Assembly (NCBI RefSeq): GCF_009914755.1
Contig: NC_060934.1
Reading direction: 5' to 3' (one strand)
DNA length: 64,000 nt
Source: the human T2T-CHM13v2.0 reference genome, Homo sapiens
The notes under the pieces were generated by a model. It saw only the letters and a program-made list of their open reading frames with translations, made no database searches and was not told the DNA's origin. Below are positions 1-17,752 of this stretch, piece by piece. Position 1 is the stretch's first letter. Every line of letters starts with the position of its first letter. Made by a program: the position numbers and the translations under genes.

Positions 1-569
1 AGGGAGAGCTGTTCACAACTATTACTCTAAGTGGACCCTGAAGGAGCAATTAAATTAAGTGCTTCTTTACTGGGGACTTGCCTGTCATTGGGGTTCACAG
101 AAAGGCCAATTCAGATTTCTAATCCAAATGTGTAGAAAAGGGTGTGGGCCCAAGTGGGGGAGGAGGGACAGCAGGACACATTCTCTGTCCCAGCTCACAG
201 AATCTGGGTCAGGGCAGACCCAGGCTCAGGTGCTCAGAACGTGTCCACACCTGGGGACTGGAGAAAGACTGTCAGGCAGGCAAGTAGCATTTCTGGACTG
301 CTATCCATGGAAGGCGAGGCATGGAGCAAATGTTTCCATGCTTCTCTGTATAAACCACTCTTTCTAACAGAGCTGGCCTCTCCCTGTCCCTCATAAACAG
401 CTTGGATCTTATTTATCCCTGCTTGATCTCATTTCATCCAAATCCCACCCAGATCTAACTCTATCTCCCCTACCAAACCTTCCCTGACTCCCTGGAAGGA
501 AAGGACCACTCTGTCTGCTGAGTCTCTGTCCCATTCAGGGGTTCTCCACCAGGCTCTGGAGGCAATAAC

Positions 570-715
570 ATGGGCTTCAGAGTCTTTCCAGACCTGGGGT
601 AAAATCTCTGAAAGTTACTGGTCATGTGACTTTGGGTGACTGCGCTTAACCTCTCCAGGACTCATTTATAATAATGAAAAGCCTTATCGCCTTATCACAG
701 TACCTAATACAGGAA
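570..715 (+). mobile_element. MIR SINE fragment (degraded)
   Basis: Core-like 'catgtgactttgggtgactgcgcttaacctctcc...tcacagtacctaatacagg'; boundaries approximate. Confidence 0.5.
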
Positions 716-899
716 AGGGGATTGGCAATATTTTATTTCCCTTCTCCCAATTCAGGATGTACGTAGATGTATGTTTTTTCTTCCATATTAGTTAGCAAGC
801 AGAGAGCTGACTAAATATCGATGGGTTTACTATTAAAACGCACTTCAAACAGTTCTAATTTTACTAAGCAGCACTAAACTAAACAGTTCATTAATGGCT

Positions 900-1080
900 T
901 TGAGACTTTACTCTGTTTCTTAAATAGCTGCAGAAACTTGTATAAGTCCGTAGTCTCTCTGAATCCCAATTTTTCAATATATAGAATGGGAATAATTATA
1001 CCTACCTTCAGAATTTTTGCGGGGACTAAATAAGATGACGTACATGAATCCATTTTAGAAACCATGTTAGTTGTCATTAT
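900..1080 (+). mobile_element. MIR SINE fragment
   Basis: 'tctctctgaatcccaatttttcaatatatagaatgggaataattatacctaccttcaga...aaataagatgacgtacatg' matches the MIR core. Confidence 0.65.
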
Positions 1081-1239
1081 GAATGGGTCATCTATAGAAA
1101 TAATTATTCCAAAAAATTCTGCCTTGGCAGTATTAAGCCCAAGCAGATTACCTTTATTTCAACAAAATAAAAGATCCATGAACAAGGAATTCCCTTCCTG
1201 TGATGTTAATAATATGCTACCATTCAGGAATAAATGTGT

Positions 1240-1690
1240 GTTAGGTTAAAAGCTAAACTGTTAACATGAAGAGACCTAAATATACAGTGGCTTCATTTTT
1301 TCTCTTTTGCTCAACAATCTGAAGATATACATAAGTTGTGGGGTAGCTTCCAGACTGATGGGGCAGTCTTGCTCCACTAAGTCATTAAAGGATTTAGGTT
1401 CCTCTCAAATCAATGATTCTTGATCTCCTACGTGATGATTCTCTTTACCATAAAAGTTGCCATAACCTCTACATTTTAGTTGTAAAAAGGGACAATATAG
1501 AAAGCTCAAATAATACAATTTATTTTAAGCAAGTGAGGCAGATATTGTGCACATAACTTCTGCTCATATTTTACAGGCAAAAGTTTAGTTACATTGCTTC
1601 ACCTAGCTGCCAGGGAAGCTGGGAAATGTGGTCAAGCTGGAAAGATACATGTACAGGAAAAAGGGAGAATGGATTTTTGGAAAAAAAACT
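1240..1690 (-). mobile_element. MLT1-family (ERVL-MaLR) solo LTR, old
   Basis: 'ttctgctcatattttacaggcaaaagtttagttacattgcttcacctagctgccagggaagctgggaaatgtggtc' is a typical MLT1J/K/L reverse-strand motif. Confidence 0.55.
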
Positions 1691-2689
1691 AATAATTGCC
1701 ACAAATATGCAAGAGAACTAGAGATAAGGAACTTAGGAATAAAAGACTGGAAGTAAGAATGAATTGTATATGTTACTCCCGAGAACTGAGATTCGAGGAA
1801 GAAAAAAAGGATGATTATATACTTACACAAGAAAGAGGGCGGAAGTGAAAAGAAGAGGGTGAAAGAGGTAAACAGGCAATGAACAGTATTAAAAGTTAAA
1901 AGAGAAAATCAAGGACATGAATTAAAGAGTTATAATATCCTTACAAGGTATCCAGAAAGAGTCAAAAGTGGTGGAACCCTGAAAAATTATGCAGAACCCC
2001 AAAAGTTCCCATTTGATGGAGAAAAATGCTTTGTAGAGTTGTGGAATGACTGACTGAAAGAGAGTAGGATCTGTGCTGCGAGATGACTTGCTGGCCAAGG
2101 AAATGCTTGGAAACTTGGAAAAACTTAGGGATCTGGAGAATGTCATGAGGAGTCCTGCCTGGGCAATACCACTGCTCAATTTTTCCAGGCCTATCCCCTA
2201 ACCTCAGCAAGGACCAGCTATAAAACAATCCTTTTAAAACTTTTTAGTTATTTCTATCACCCAGCCATAGCCTTGGGTGCATTTCATATTTCTCAAGACA
2301 TTCGCCTTCAACTTTCCCAACATATTATCTTGGGCTTGCATCTTACATGATTAAAAAGAGAAATACCATTGTATCAGAGCTCCTCAACTTAATTACTTCC
2401 CATCTCAATCTTTCTACATCTTTAACTTCAGTCTTGGTTGAGCTCCACCCTCTGTGCTTGTTCTTGAGAAACAAGCAAAAGAGCTAAGAAAGGCTTAGAG
2501 CAAACTGGTAAACATTGTTATTTTCTTTTAGGTATCCATATTGCGACAGGGTCTTGATATAATATCCATACTAGGTATAATTTGCATACCAGATATTCAA
2601 AGAAGTAGGAGAATATGGCCATAGTGAGAAAAATAAAATCAACTCAGAAATGACAAAAATAAGAGAACTAGTAGAGACATTAAAATAGT

Positions 2690-2895
2690 AGTGATACAAA
2701 GAGAGGAACAATAAACACTGGGGCCTACTTGAAGTTGGAGGGTAGGAGAAGGGAGAGGAACAGAAAAACAACTATTGGGTACTAGGCTTAGTACCTGAGT
2801 GATGAAATAATAAACAAACTCCTGTGACACGAGTTTACCTACATAACAAACCTGCACATGTACCTCTGAACCTAAGGTAAAAGTTGTAATAAAAT
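2690..2895 (+). mobile_element. L1PA13-16-type 3' end fragment inserted into older L1
   Basis: 3'UTR 'actattgggtactaggcttagtacctgagtgatg...acaaacctgcacatgtacc'; short TSD taaaatagt on both sides. Confidence 0.75.
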
Positions 2896-5363
2896 AAAAT
2901 AGTTGTCATAACTATATTTCATATGCTCAAGAAGCTAGAGAAAAGACTTAGCATATCAAATAGAGACAAAGAAGATATAAAAAGATGAACAATTTCTAGA
3001 GATGAAAACTACAATGTCTGAAATTAATAATACATTGGATGAGATTAACAGTGGATTAGACATTGCAAAAAAATTAGCAAATTAGGGAAAAGTATAATAA
3101 ACCTGCCCAAATGAAATAGAAGTGGAAAAATAAACATAAGAACTGTAAGTGAGCTGTAAGACAACCTCAAATAGCCTAATATACATATAATTAGACCCCA
3201 TAAGGGCATGAGAAATGGGAGAAGAACAGAAAAAAATTTGAATGAATAATGGCTACAATTTTTCTAAATGTAATGAAAAATATAAACCTACAGACTTAAT
3301 AAGCTCAATGAACCCCAAGCACAATAAATATGAAGAAACTCACACCAAGCCACATGATCAAAATCAATAATAAAAATAAAATCTTAAAAACAGGCAGAGT
3401 AAAAAGGCACATTAAGTACAAAGACACAAAGATAAGAATTACAGCAGAGTTTCTATACAATCAGTACAAGCAAGAAGACAGTAGAGAAACACTAAACAGT
3501 ACTGAAAGAAAAAAACTGTCAATGTAGAATTTTACACTCACTAAAAATACCTTCTGAAAATGAAGAAAAAACATTTCACAAATATAAAAGTTAAAGGAAT
3601 TCATCATCAGAAGATATGAACAAAAAAAAAAATGTTAAAGAAAACCCAGAGACTCACAGTGAGACACACTATAATCAAACTCTCAAAAGTCAAAGACAAA
3701 GAGACAATCTTGAAAGCAGCAAAAGAAAGTAACTTGTCATGTAAAAGGAAGCCTTTATAAAATTATCAGTGGATTTATCAACAGAAACCTTGCAGGCCAG
3801 AAGGCAGGGGGATAATATATTCAAAGAGCTGAAAGAAAAGAAAATTTCAACCAAAAATATTATATCCAGCAAAACCATCCTTCAAACATAAAGGAAAAAT
3901 CAGCCTTTCCAGGATGAACAAAAACTGGGGAGTTCATTACCACTGGACCTGCTGTAGTATCTTGCAAGTTGAAACAAAAGGATGCTAAATAGTAACATGA
4001 AGTCTTATGAAAATATAAAGCTCTCCAGTAAAGATAAATATATGGACATATATAGAGACTGTACTATGCAGTTTTGGTACATAAATGCACTTTTAATTCT
4101 TGTATAGAATTTACAAGACAAAAGCTTAAAAATAACTATAAAACTGTGTTAATGAATACATTACATATGAAGATGTAACTTGTGACATAAGTAACCTAAG
4201 GTGAGGGTAGGAGCTTTGAAGAAATAGTTTTTGTACACAGTCGAAGTTATTCTCTTAACAGTTTAAAATAGCTTGTTAACACTTTAAGATGTTTTTTATA
4301 ATTCTTATGGTAACCATAAAAAAATCTATAGAATACACACAAAAGGAAACAGGAAGGGAATCAAAATGTCACCACAAAAAAAATCGACAAAACCCAAAAG
4401 AGGTCAGTAAGAGAAGGAATAAAAAACAAAATTTACAAAACATACAGGAAACAACAAAATGGCAAGTGTAGGTCCTTCCCTATCAGTAATTACTTTAAAT
4501 GTAAATGGATTAAACTCCTGAATCAAAAGATATAGACTGGAAAATGGATTTGTAAAAAGGATCCAACTTTATCCTGTCATTTAGGTCTAAGAAACAAATA
4601 TGCTTAAAATGAAAAAAAGGAAAAGTAAATGCCATGCAAATGGTAAATAAAAGCAAGCAGAAGTGACTATACTACTATCCAACAAAATAGACTTAAAGTC
4701 AAAAATAGTCACAAGACAAAAAAATGGATATTATATAACAAAAAGTCAATTCAGCAGAAAGATATAACAATTACAAATATATATACCTCTAATACCAGAG
4801 CTCCTAAATATCTGAAGCAAACATTGACAGATCAGAGAGGAAACATAAACAGCATAATAATGGTAGGCGACTTCAATTCCTCACTTACAATAATGGCTAG
4901 AACAACAAGACAGAAAATCGATAAGGAAATACAGTACTTGAACAACACTATAAATAGTGCTAACAAACATGTGCAGAACATTCCACCCAATAAAATCAGA
5001 ATAGTATTTTTCTCAAGTTTACATGGAATATTCCCAAAGATAAATCACATGTTATACCACAAAAAAACTTGTAACAAATTTTAAAAGATTGAAATTATAC
5101 AAAATATCTATTTTGATGAAAATGACATAAAACTAGACATCAGTAGCAGAAGGAAAACAAAAAATTCACAAATATGTGAAAATTAAACAACACAGTTTTC
5201 AACAAGCAATGGGTCAAAAAAGAAATCACAAGGGAAGTTAGAAAATATCTTGAGATAAAGGAAAATAAAAATACAATGTACCAAAATGTGTAAGATGCAG
5301 CAGAAGCAGTGCTAACAGAGAATTTTATAGCTATAAATATGTGCATTATAAAAGGAAGAAAGT

Positions 5364-5503
5364 GGCTAGGCATGGTGGGTCATGCCTGCAATCCCAGCAC
5401 TTTGACAGGCTGAGGCAGGAGAACTTCTGGAGGCCAGGAATTTGAGACCAGCCTGGGCAACAAAGCAAGACCCCATCTCCACAACTTAAGAAAAAAAAAA
5501 AAA
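5364..5503 (+). mobile_element. Alu left monomer (FLAM/AluJ-type)
   Basis: ~125 bp left arm plus A-tail; TSD ~gaagaaagt. Confidence 0.8.
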
Positions 5504-6151
5504 GAAGTAGAAGAAAGTTTGCAAATCAACAACCTAACTTTATACCTCAGGAAACTAGGAGAGAAAAAAAACTACACCCAAAGCTAGCAGAAGGAGGAAA
5601 ATCCTAAAGATTAGATTAAATCAGAGATAAATGAAATATAGAATATAAAAACAATAGAAAAAAATCAACAAAACTAAGAGGTGGTTTTTGAAAACACCAA
5701 CAAAATTAACAAATGCTTAGCTAGATTAACTAAGGAAAAAAGATTCAACTAATAAATCAGAAATAAAAAAGAGAACATTAGAACCCATGCCATAGAAATC
5801 AAAAGGATTATAAGAAAATACCATCAACAGTTAATTATATGTCAACAAATTGGATAATTTAGAAGTGCATAAATTTCTAGAAATATACAACCTAATAAGA
5901 GTGAATCATGAAGAAGTAGAAAAAACGAACAGACTTATAACTACGAAGGAGATTAAACTGGTTCAAAAACCTCCAAACAAACAACAGCCCAGAACCGGAT
6001 GACTACCAAACATTTAAGGAAGAATTAGAACCAATGTTTCTCAAAGTCATTTACAAAAATGAATATAAAAAACACTTCAAAGCTCATTATATGAGGCCAG
6101 TATTACCCTGATTTCAAAGTCAAACAAAGACATTACATGAAAAGAAAACTA

Positions 6152-6392
<241 letters not shown>

Positions 6393-8588
6393 TCAATGTA
6401 ATACACTATAGTAATAGAATAAAGGACAAAACAGCATGATCATTTATATTGATGTAGAAAAAATGTTTAACAAAATTTAACACCTTTTATCACGAAAACA
6501 CTCAGCAAACTAGGAATAGAAGGAAAATAACATAATAAAGGCCATATATGAAAAATCCACAGGTAAACTTACACTCAATGGTAAAAGATTCAAACTTTTC
6601 TTCTGGATTAGGAACAAGACAAGTATACTCTGTCTCTTCGCTTCTATTCAATATAGTATTTGAATTTCCAAGCAGACCAATTAGGAAAAAAAAATTAAGC
6701 AAGAAAAGACATCCAAAGAATAAAAGAAAAAAGTAAAATTATCTCTGCTCACAGATGACTTGATCCTATATGCATAAAATCCTAGACTCCTGCATAAAAT
6801 CTAGAAAACTGTTAGATGCATATATGCATAAAATCCAGAAAACTGTTGGAACTATTAAACAAATTCTGGAAAGTTGCAGGATCCAAAATCGACACACAAA
6901 AATCAGTTGCCTTTCTATAAATTAACTATAAACAATCCAAAGGTAATTAAGAAAATAATTTAATTACAATACCATCAAAAATAGTAAAATACTTAGGAAT
7001 AAACTTAGCCAGGGAAATAAAAGGCTTGTACACTGAAAACTACAAAACAGTACTGAAAGAAGTCACAAATAAATGTAAAGACATTGGTATTCATGGATTG
7101 GAAGATTTAATGTTAAGATCTCCAAAATATCAGATGTATTCCCCAAATCTGTACAACATTATGTATTAATGTGAAAAGTCAATAGAACCCAAAGCAGTCT
7201 ACAAATTATATGTAATCCCTATCAAAATCTAAGCTGCATTTTTTGAAAAAAGAGAAAAATTTATCTAAATATTCATATATACTCTGACTAGACAATCTTG
7301 AAAACTAACTGAGTTGAAGGTCTCATGCTCCGTGATCTCAAAACATGTTACAAGACTACAGTAATTAAAACAGCATGACACTGGCTTAAAGAGAGACATA
7401 TAGACCAATGGAATAGAATAAAGAACCCATTAAAAGAAAACTCCACATATATGGTCAAATAATATTTACAGCATTCCAGATCCGCTCAATGAGGGAAGAA
7501 CATTCTCTTCAACAAACAGTGTTGGGAAACTTGGATATCCACACACGAAAGAGTGAAGTTGAAACTTTGTCTTATGCCATATACAAGAATTAACTCAAAA
7601 TGGATTTAAAACTTAAATGGAAGACCTAAAACTATAAAACTCTTAGAATAAGGGGATATGGCAATTATTTTTTAATATGACACCAAAAGTACAGACAACA
7701 AAAGAAAAAATAGACAATTGGGACTACATCAAACTTTTTAAAACTTTTATGCATTAAAGGACATAACAATGTTAAAAAAAACTTGTGGATGGAAGAAAAT
7801 ATTAGTAAATTATATATCTGATAAAGAGTTAATATCCAGAATATATAAATAATTTCTACAACACAATATTTAAAAATAATATGATTTTAAAATGGCAAAA
7901 GGATTTGAATAGACATTTCTTTTAAAATTATATATGAATGGGCAAAAAACATAAGAAAAAATGCTCAGCATCCAAACTGGAAAGGAAATCATTAGAGAAA
8001 TGTAAATCAAAACCACAATGTAATATCTCCTCACAAAAATTGAGTGGTTTACTATTAAGAAAAAGAAATATTAGATAGGATGCAGTTGATAGCAAACAGC
8101 TTAAAAGCAACGTGACCCCAGATACTAACTCAAAGCCACACAAAAAACAAAAAGCTCTGGCAAAGACATTTATTTATATTTTTATTTATGTATTTATTGA
8201 GGGTTTTGCTGTTTTGTTGTTGTTGTTGTTTACTGTTTTATTTTTGCTTTTTCAACTTTTATTTTAGATTCAGAGGGCACTTGTGCAAGTTTGTAACCTG
8301 GGTATATTGTGTGATGTTGAGGTTTGGGGTATGAATGGTCCCATTACCCAGATACTGAGAATAGTACTCAACAGTTTTTCAACACTTTCTCCCTTCCCTC
8401 CTTCACCACCCCAATAGTCCCCAGTGTCTATTGTTGCTATCTTTATGTCCATCAGTACCCAGTGTTTACCTCCCCCTTATGAGTGAGAATATGTGGTATT
8501 TGATTTTCTGTTTCTGTATTTGTTTGCCTAGGATAAAGGCCTCTAGCCAAATCCATGTTGCTGCAAATGACATGATTTTCTTCATTTT

Positions 8589-10273
<1,685 letters not shown>

Positions 10274-10580
10274 TCAATTCCATGACTTTGCTGTTGTGAA
10301 TAGTACTGCAATGAACATGTGAGTGCATGTGTCTTTTTGGAGGAATAATTTGTTCTCTTTTGGATATATACCCAGTAATGGGGTTGCTGGGCCAAATGGT
10401 AGTTCTGTTTTAAGTTCTTTGAGAAATCTCCAAACTGCTTTCCACAGAGGCTGAACTAATTGACATTCCCACTGCCATGCATGAGCATTCCCTTTTCTCC
10501 TCAGCTCCACCAACATCTGTTGCTTTCTGACTTTTTGATAATAGCCATTCTGATGTGTGAGATGGTAGCCCATTGGGGTT

Positions 10581-10862
10581 TCTTTTTTTTTTTTTAAGAC
10601 AGAGTCTCACTCTGTCACCTAGGCTGTGGCACAATGTTGGCTCGCTGCAACCTCTGCCTCCTGGGTTCAAGTGATTCTCCTACCTCAGCCTACTGAGAAG
10701 CTAGGGTTACAGGCACCTGCCACCACACCCAGCTAATTTTGGTATTTTTGGTAGAGACAGGGTTTAGCCATATTGGCAAGGCTGGTCTCTAACTCCTGAC
10801 CTCAGGTGACCCACCTGCCTCGGCTTCCCAAAGTGCTGGGATTGCATGCGTTAGCTACCATG
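10581..10862 (-). mobile_element. AluS (Sx-like)
   Basis: Dimeric Alu with poly-T at left and 'cctgacctcaggtga'. Confidence 0.9.
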
Positions 10863-12274
10863 GGTGGTTTTTGACTTGCATTTCTCTGATGATTAGTAAT
10901 GATGATCCTTTTTTCATACATTTGTTGGCCACTTGTATGTCTTCTTTTGAGAAGTGTCTGTTCATATCTTTTGCCCATTTTTCAATGGGGTTGTTTTTTC
11001 CTTGTCCAGTTGTTTAAGTTATTTATAGATTCTGGATATTAGTCCTTTGTTGGGTGCATAATTTGCAAATATTTTATCTCATTCTGTAGGTTATCTATTT
11101 AATCTGTTGATAGTGTCTTTTCTTGTACAGAAGTTGTTCAGTTTAATTAGGTCTCACTTGTCAATTTCTGTTTTTGTTGTAATTGCTTTTGAGGACTTAA
11201 TCATAAATTCTTTCCCAAGGCCCATGTCCAGAATGGTGTTTCTGAGATTTTCTTCTAGGATTCTTTTACTTCAAGGTCTTATATTTAAATCTTTAATCCA
11301 TCTGGAGTTAATTTTTGTATGTGGCAAAAGTTAGGTGTCTTGTTTTATTTTTCTGCATATGGCTAGTCAGCTATCCCAGGACCATTCATTCACTAGGGAG
11401 TCCTTTCCCCATTGTTTACTTTTGGCAACTTTGTCAAAGATTAGATGGCTGTAAGTGTGCAGATTTATTTCTCAGCTCTCTATTCTGTTCAACTGGTGTA
11501 GGTATCTGTTTTCGTACTAGCACCATGCTGTTTTGGTTACTGTAGTCTTATTAGTATAGTTTGAAGCCAGGTAATGTGATGCCTCTGGCTTTGTTCTTTT
11601 TGCTTAGGATTGCTTTTTGGGCTCTCTGTTGTTGTTGTTCCATATGAATTTTAGGACACTTTTTTCCAATTCTATAAAAAAATGACATTGGTAGTTTGGT
11701 AATAATAGCGTTGAATCTGTAGATAGATTGCTTTGGGCAGTATGGCCATTTTAATGATATTGATTCTTCCAATCCCTGAGCATGGAATGTTTTTCCATTT
11801 ATTTGTGTCCTCTCTGATTTCTTTTAGCAGCGTTTTATAGTTCTCCTTGTAGAGATCTTTCACCTCCTTGGTTAGCTGTATTCCTAGGTATTTTAATTTT
11901 TTGTGGCTATTGTAAGTGGGATTGCAGTCTTGATTTGGTTCTTAGCCTGAATGTTATTGGTTTATAGAAATACTACTAATTTTTGCACATTCATTTTGTA
12001 TCCTGAAACGTCGCTGAAGTCATTTGTTTATTCCAGGAGGCTTTGTTGGAGTCTTTAGGGTTTTCTATGTATAGAATCATATCATCCACAAAGAGAGATA
12101 CTTTTCTTTCTTCTTTTCCTATCTGGACGCCTTTTATTTATTTCTCTTGCCTGATTGCTTTGGATAGCACTTCCAGTACTATGTTGAAGAGGAATGGGGA
12201 GAGAGGGCACCCTTGTCTTATTCCTGTTCTGAAAAGGAATGCTTCCAGTTTTTGCGTGTTCAGTATGATGTAAT

Positions 12275-15340
<3,066 letters not shown>

Positions 15341-15428
15341 AAAAATTGTAAACCCTAAGTTATAGTAAATTGCAGCTATTTAGAGATGACTCAAAATGAA
15401 GAAGCTGTGGTTTAAAAAAAAAAATACT

Positions 15429-15866
<438 letters not shown>

Positions 15867-16304
15867 CTAACTGTCAACCAAGGAAGTATGTTCCACACCT
15901 ATACCCATCTGTTTTGGTATTTCATCTCTGCTAAGTGAAAAATTATATGTTTTGTTTTATATTTTACTTCTTTAATTAATGGGAAAGGCTGAACAGCTTC
16001 TCACATGTATTAAATTTGTATGATTATTCTTTTTCTTAATCATTTGCCTGGGTTCTTGCTATGTTAAGAAATTATTTCTTCATCTACCACAAGTTGTAAA
16101 TAGCTTTTCGTTAGTGCGTGTGTGTCTGTGTGTTCAGAAATTTTGAATATTTTATGTGATAACATTAACAAGGCTTTTCTATTGAGGGTTTCAGCTTTTC
16201 TGTCTTGCTAAGAAACACCTTCTTTACTCTAGAATGTTAAAAATACTTAGTGTTTTTACATAATACATTTAAGGTCTAATATTTTATACGTAAAAGTATG
16301 AATC

Positions 16305-16598
16305 AGCAGCTCCTCAAAAATTTAACAGAGAATTACCATACTTATTCAGCAATTTCACTTCTGGGTATTACCCAAAGAGTTGAATACAGGAACTCAACAT
16401 GTTGATGGCAGCAATATTCATGATAGCTAAAATATGGAAGCAACCCAAGTTTCTATTGATGGATAAATGGATAAATAAAAGGTAATATATCTATACAATG
16501 CAATATTATTCAGCTTTAAAAAGGAAGGAAATTCTGACACATGCCACAACATGAATGAAACTTAAAGACATTAGGCTTAGTGAAATAAGTCAGTCACA
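16305..16598 (+). mobile_element. L1MB-type 3' fragment
   Basis: 'aaggaaattctgacacatgccacaacatg...agtgaaataagtcagtcaca'. Confidence 0.75.
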
Positions 16599-16600
16599 TA

Positions 16601-17752
16601 TTTTTCTTCCCTCCCACCTCCTCTAAACCATTGAACAAGTATAGACAGTACTATACTGCTCACAAAGGTGGCTTAACAATTAAATTTCTAAAAGACAGTA
16701 TTTCCTATGAATTTTAGCAAAAAGATATTTACAAAGTGGTATTTTATTACCTCTACATTTAACGTACATCAGGCACTTCTAAACATCTAGATAAACTAGG
16801 TGTTTCAAGTAAGGAGTTAATTTGTCCACTATATACACAGCAGTCTCGAATAAACTGCATACATGTAACCATAGTTATAATTTGAAAGAGTCTTCCAAAT
16901 AAGAACATCCTAGCTTAGAATCCCTCCCATCTCCATCAACTCAGTGCGCAAGAATGCTCAAAGATAGGAAGACAATCTTTCCTAGGAATTTTAAAACAAA
17001 ATATACAAAATATATTAGTTTACTAACTCTACTTTTGTCATACACTGGCAACCTCTTTAACATCTAAAAAGACTAGATGTTGTAAATTAGGACTCGTTTG
17101 TCCTTTATATACACTACATAAACAGATAAGTAAAACAAAATGCACAGACATAAGAGATAATGGTTAATCTTGCCTCACTGTAAACACAGCGGCATAGAGC
17201 TCTCTGCACTTTCCCCTCCTTCCTCCTCCCCTGAACCAGGACACAAACACGATGAGTATTACTCAACAGGTAGTTTGGCCATTCCCCTCCAAAAACAACA
17301 TTTCATATGAATTTTAGCAAAAAGATATTTACAAAATATTATTTTACTACCGCTAATTTTGACATATATTAGGCATTCGGAACACATAGAAAGAATACAC
17401 AAAAAAGTTTAGCATTGTCAACTATATATACAATAGTGAGGAATAAAATGCACACAAAACAATGGATAGAATATGAAAATGTCTAAATATCACAAGTCTG
17501 GTATAGAACCTTCTTTTTCTTCTCAGGCTTTCCAGATCCATGTCCCCTAACCCACTGAACAGATATAGACATATCCCTTACAGAGGTGATCTAACGACTC
17601 TATTTTAAAAAGTCATCTCCAAAAAACATCTAATTTGTATGATTTCTTTTTAAACAAATGAGAATTTACAAGATGTGTGATTTTCTAATTCTATCATATG
17701 TCAGCAACCTCTTTCCATCTAGAAAGACTGAATGTGGCAAATGTTCTCTTTT
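16601..17752 (-). pseudogene. NORAD (LINC00657) lncRNA retrocopy, downstream segment with repeated units and Pumilio response elements
   Basis: Reverse complement matches recalled NORAD sequence (e.g. TCTAGATGGAAAGAGGTTGC, GTTTTGTGTGCATTTTATTCCTCACTA, GGTTCAGGGGAGGAG, GAGTCCTAATT); five TGTAHATA sites; 30-bp repeat at a spacing of 600 bp. Confidence 0.88.

Noticed and set aside
1152-1197. Possible 46-nt minus-strand exon (cag|GAAGGG...AAG|gtaatc; KGIPCSWIFYFVEIK)
   Set aside because: Poor polypyrimidine tract, and the peptide resembles L1 ORF2 IPCSW; insufficient support
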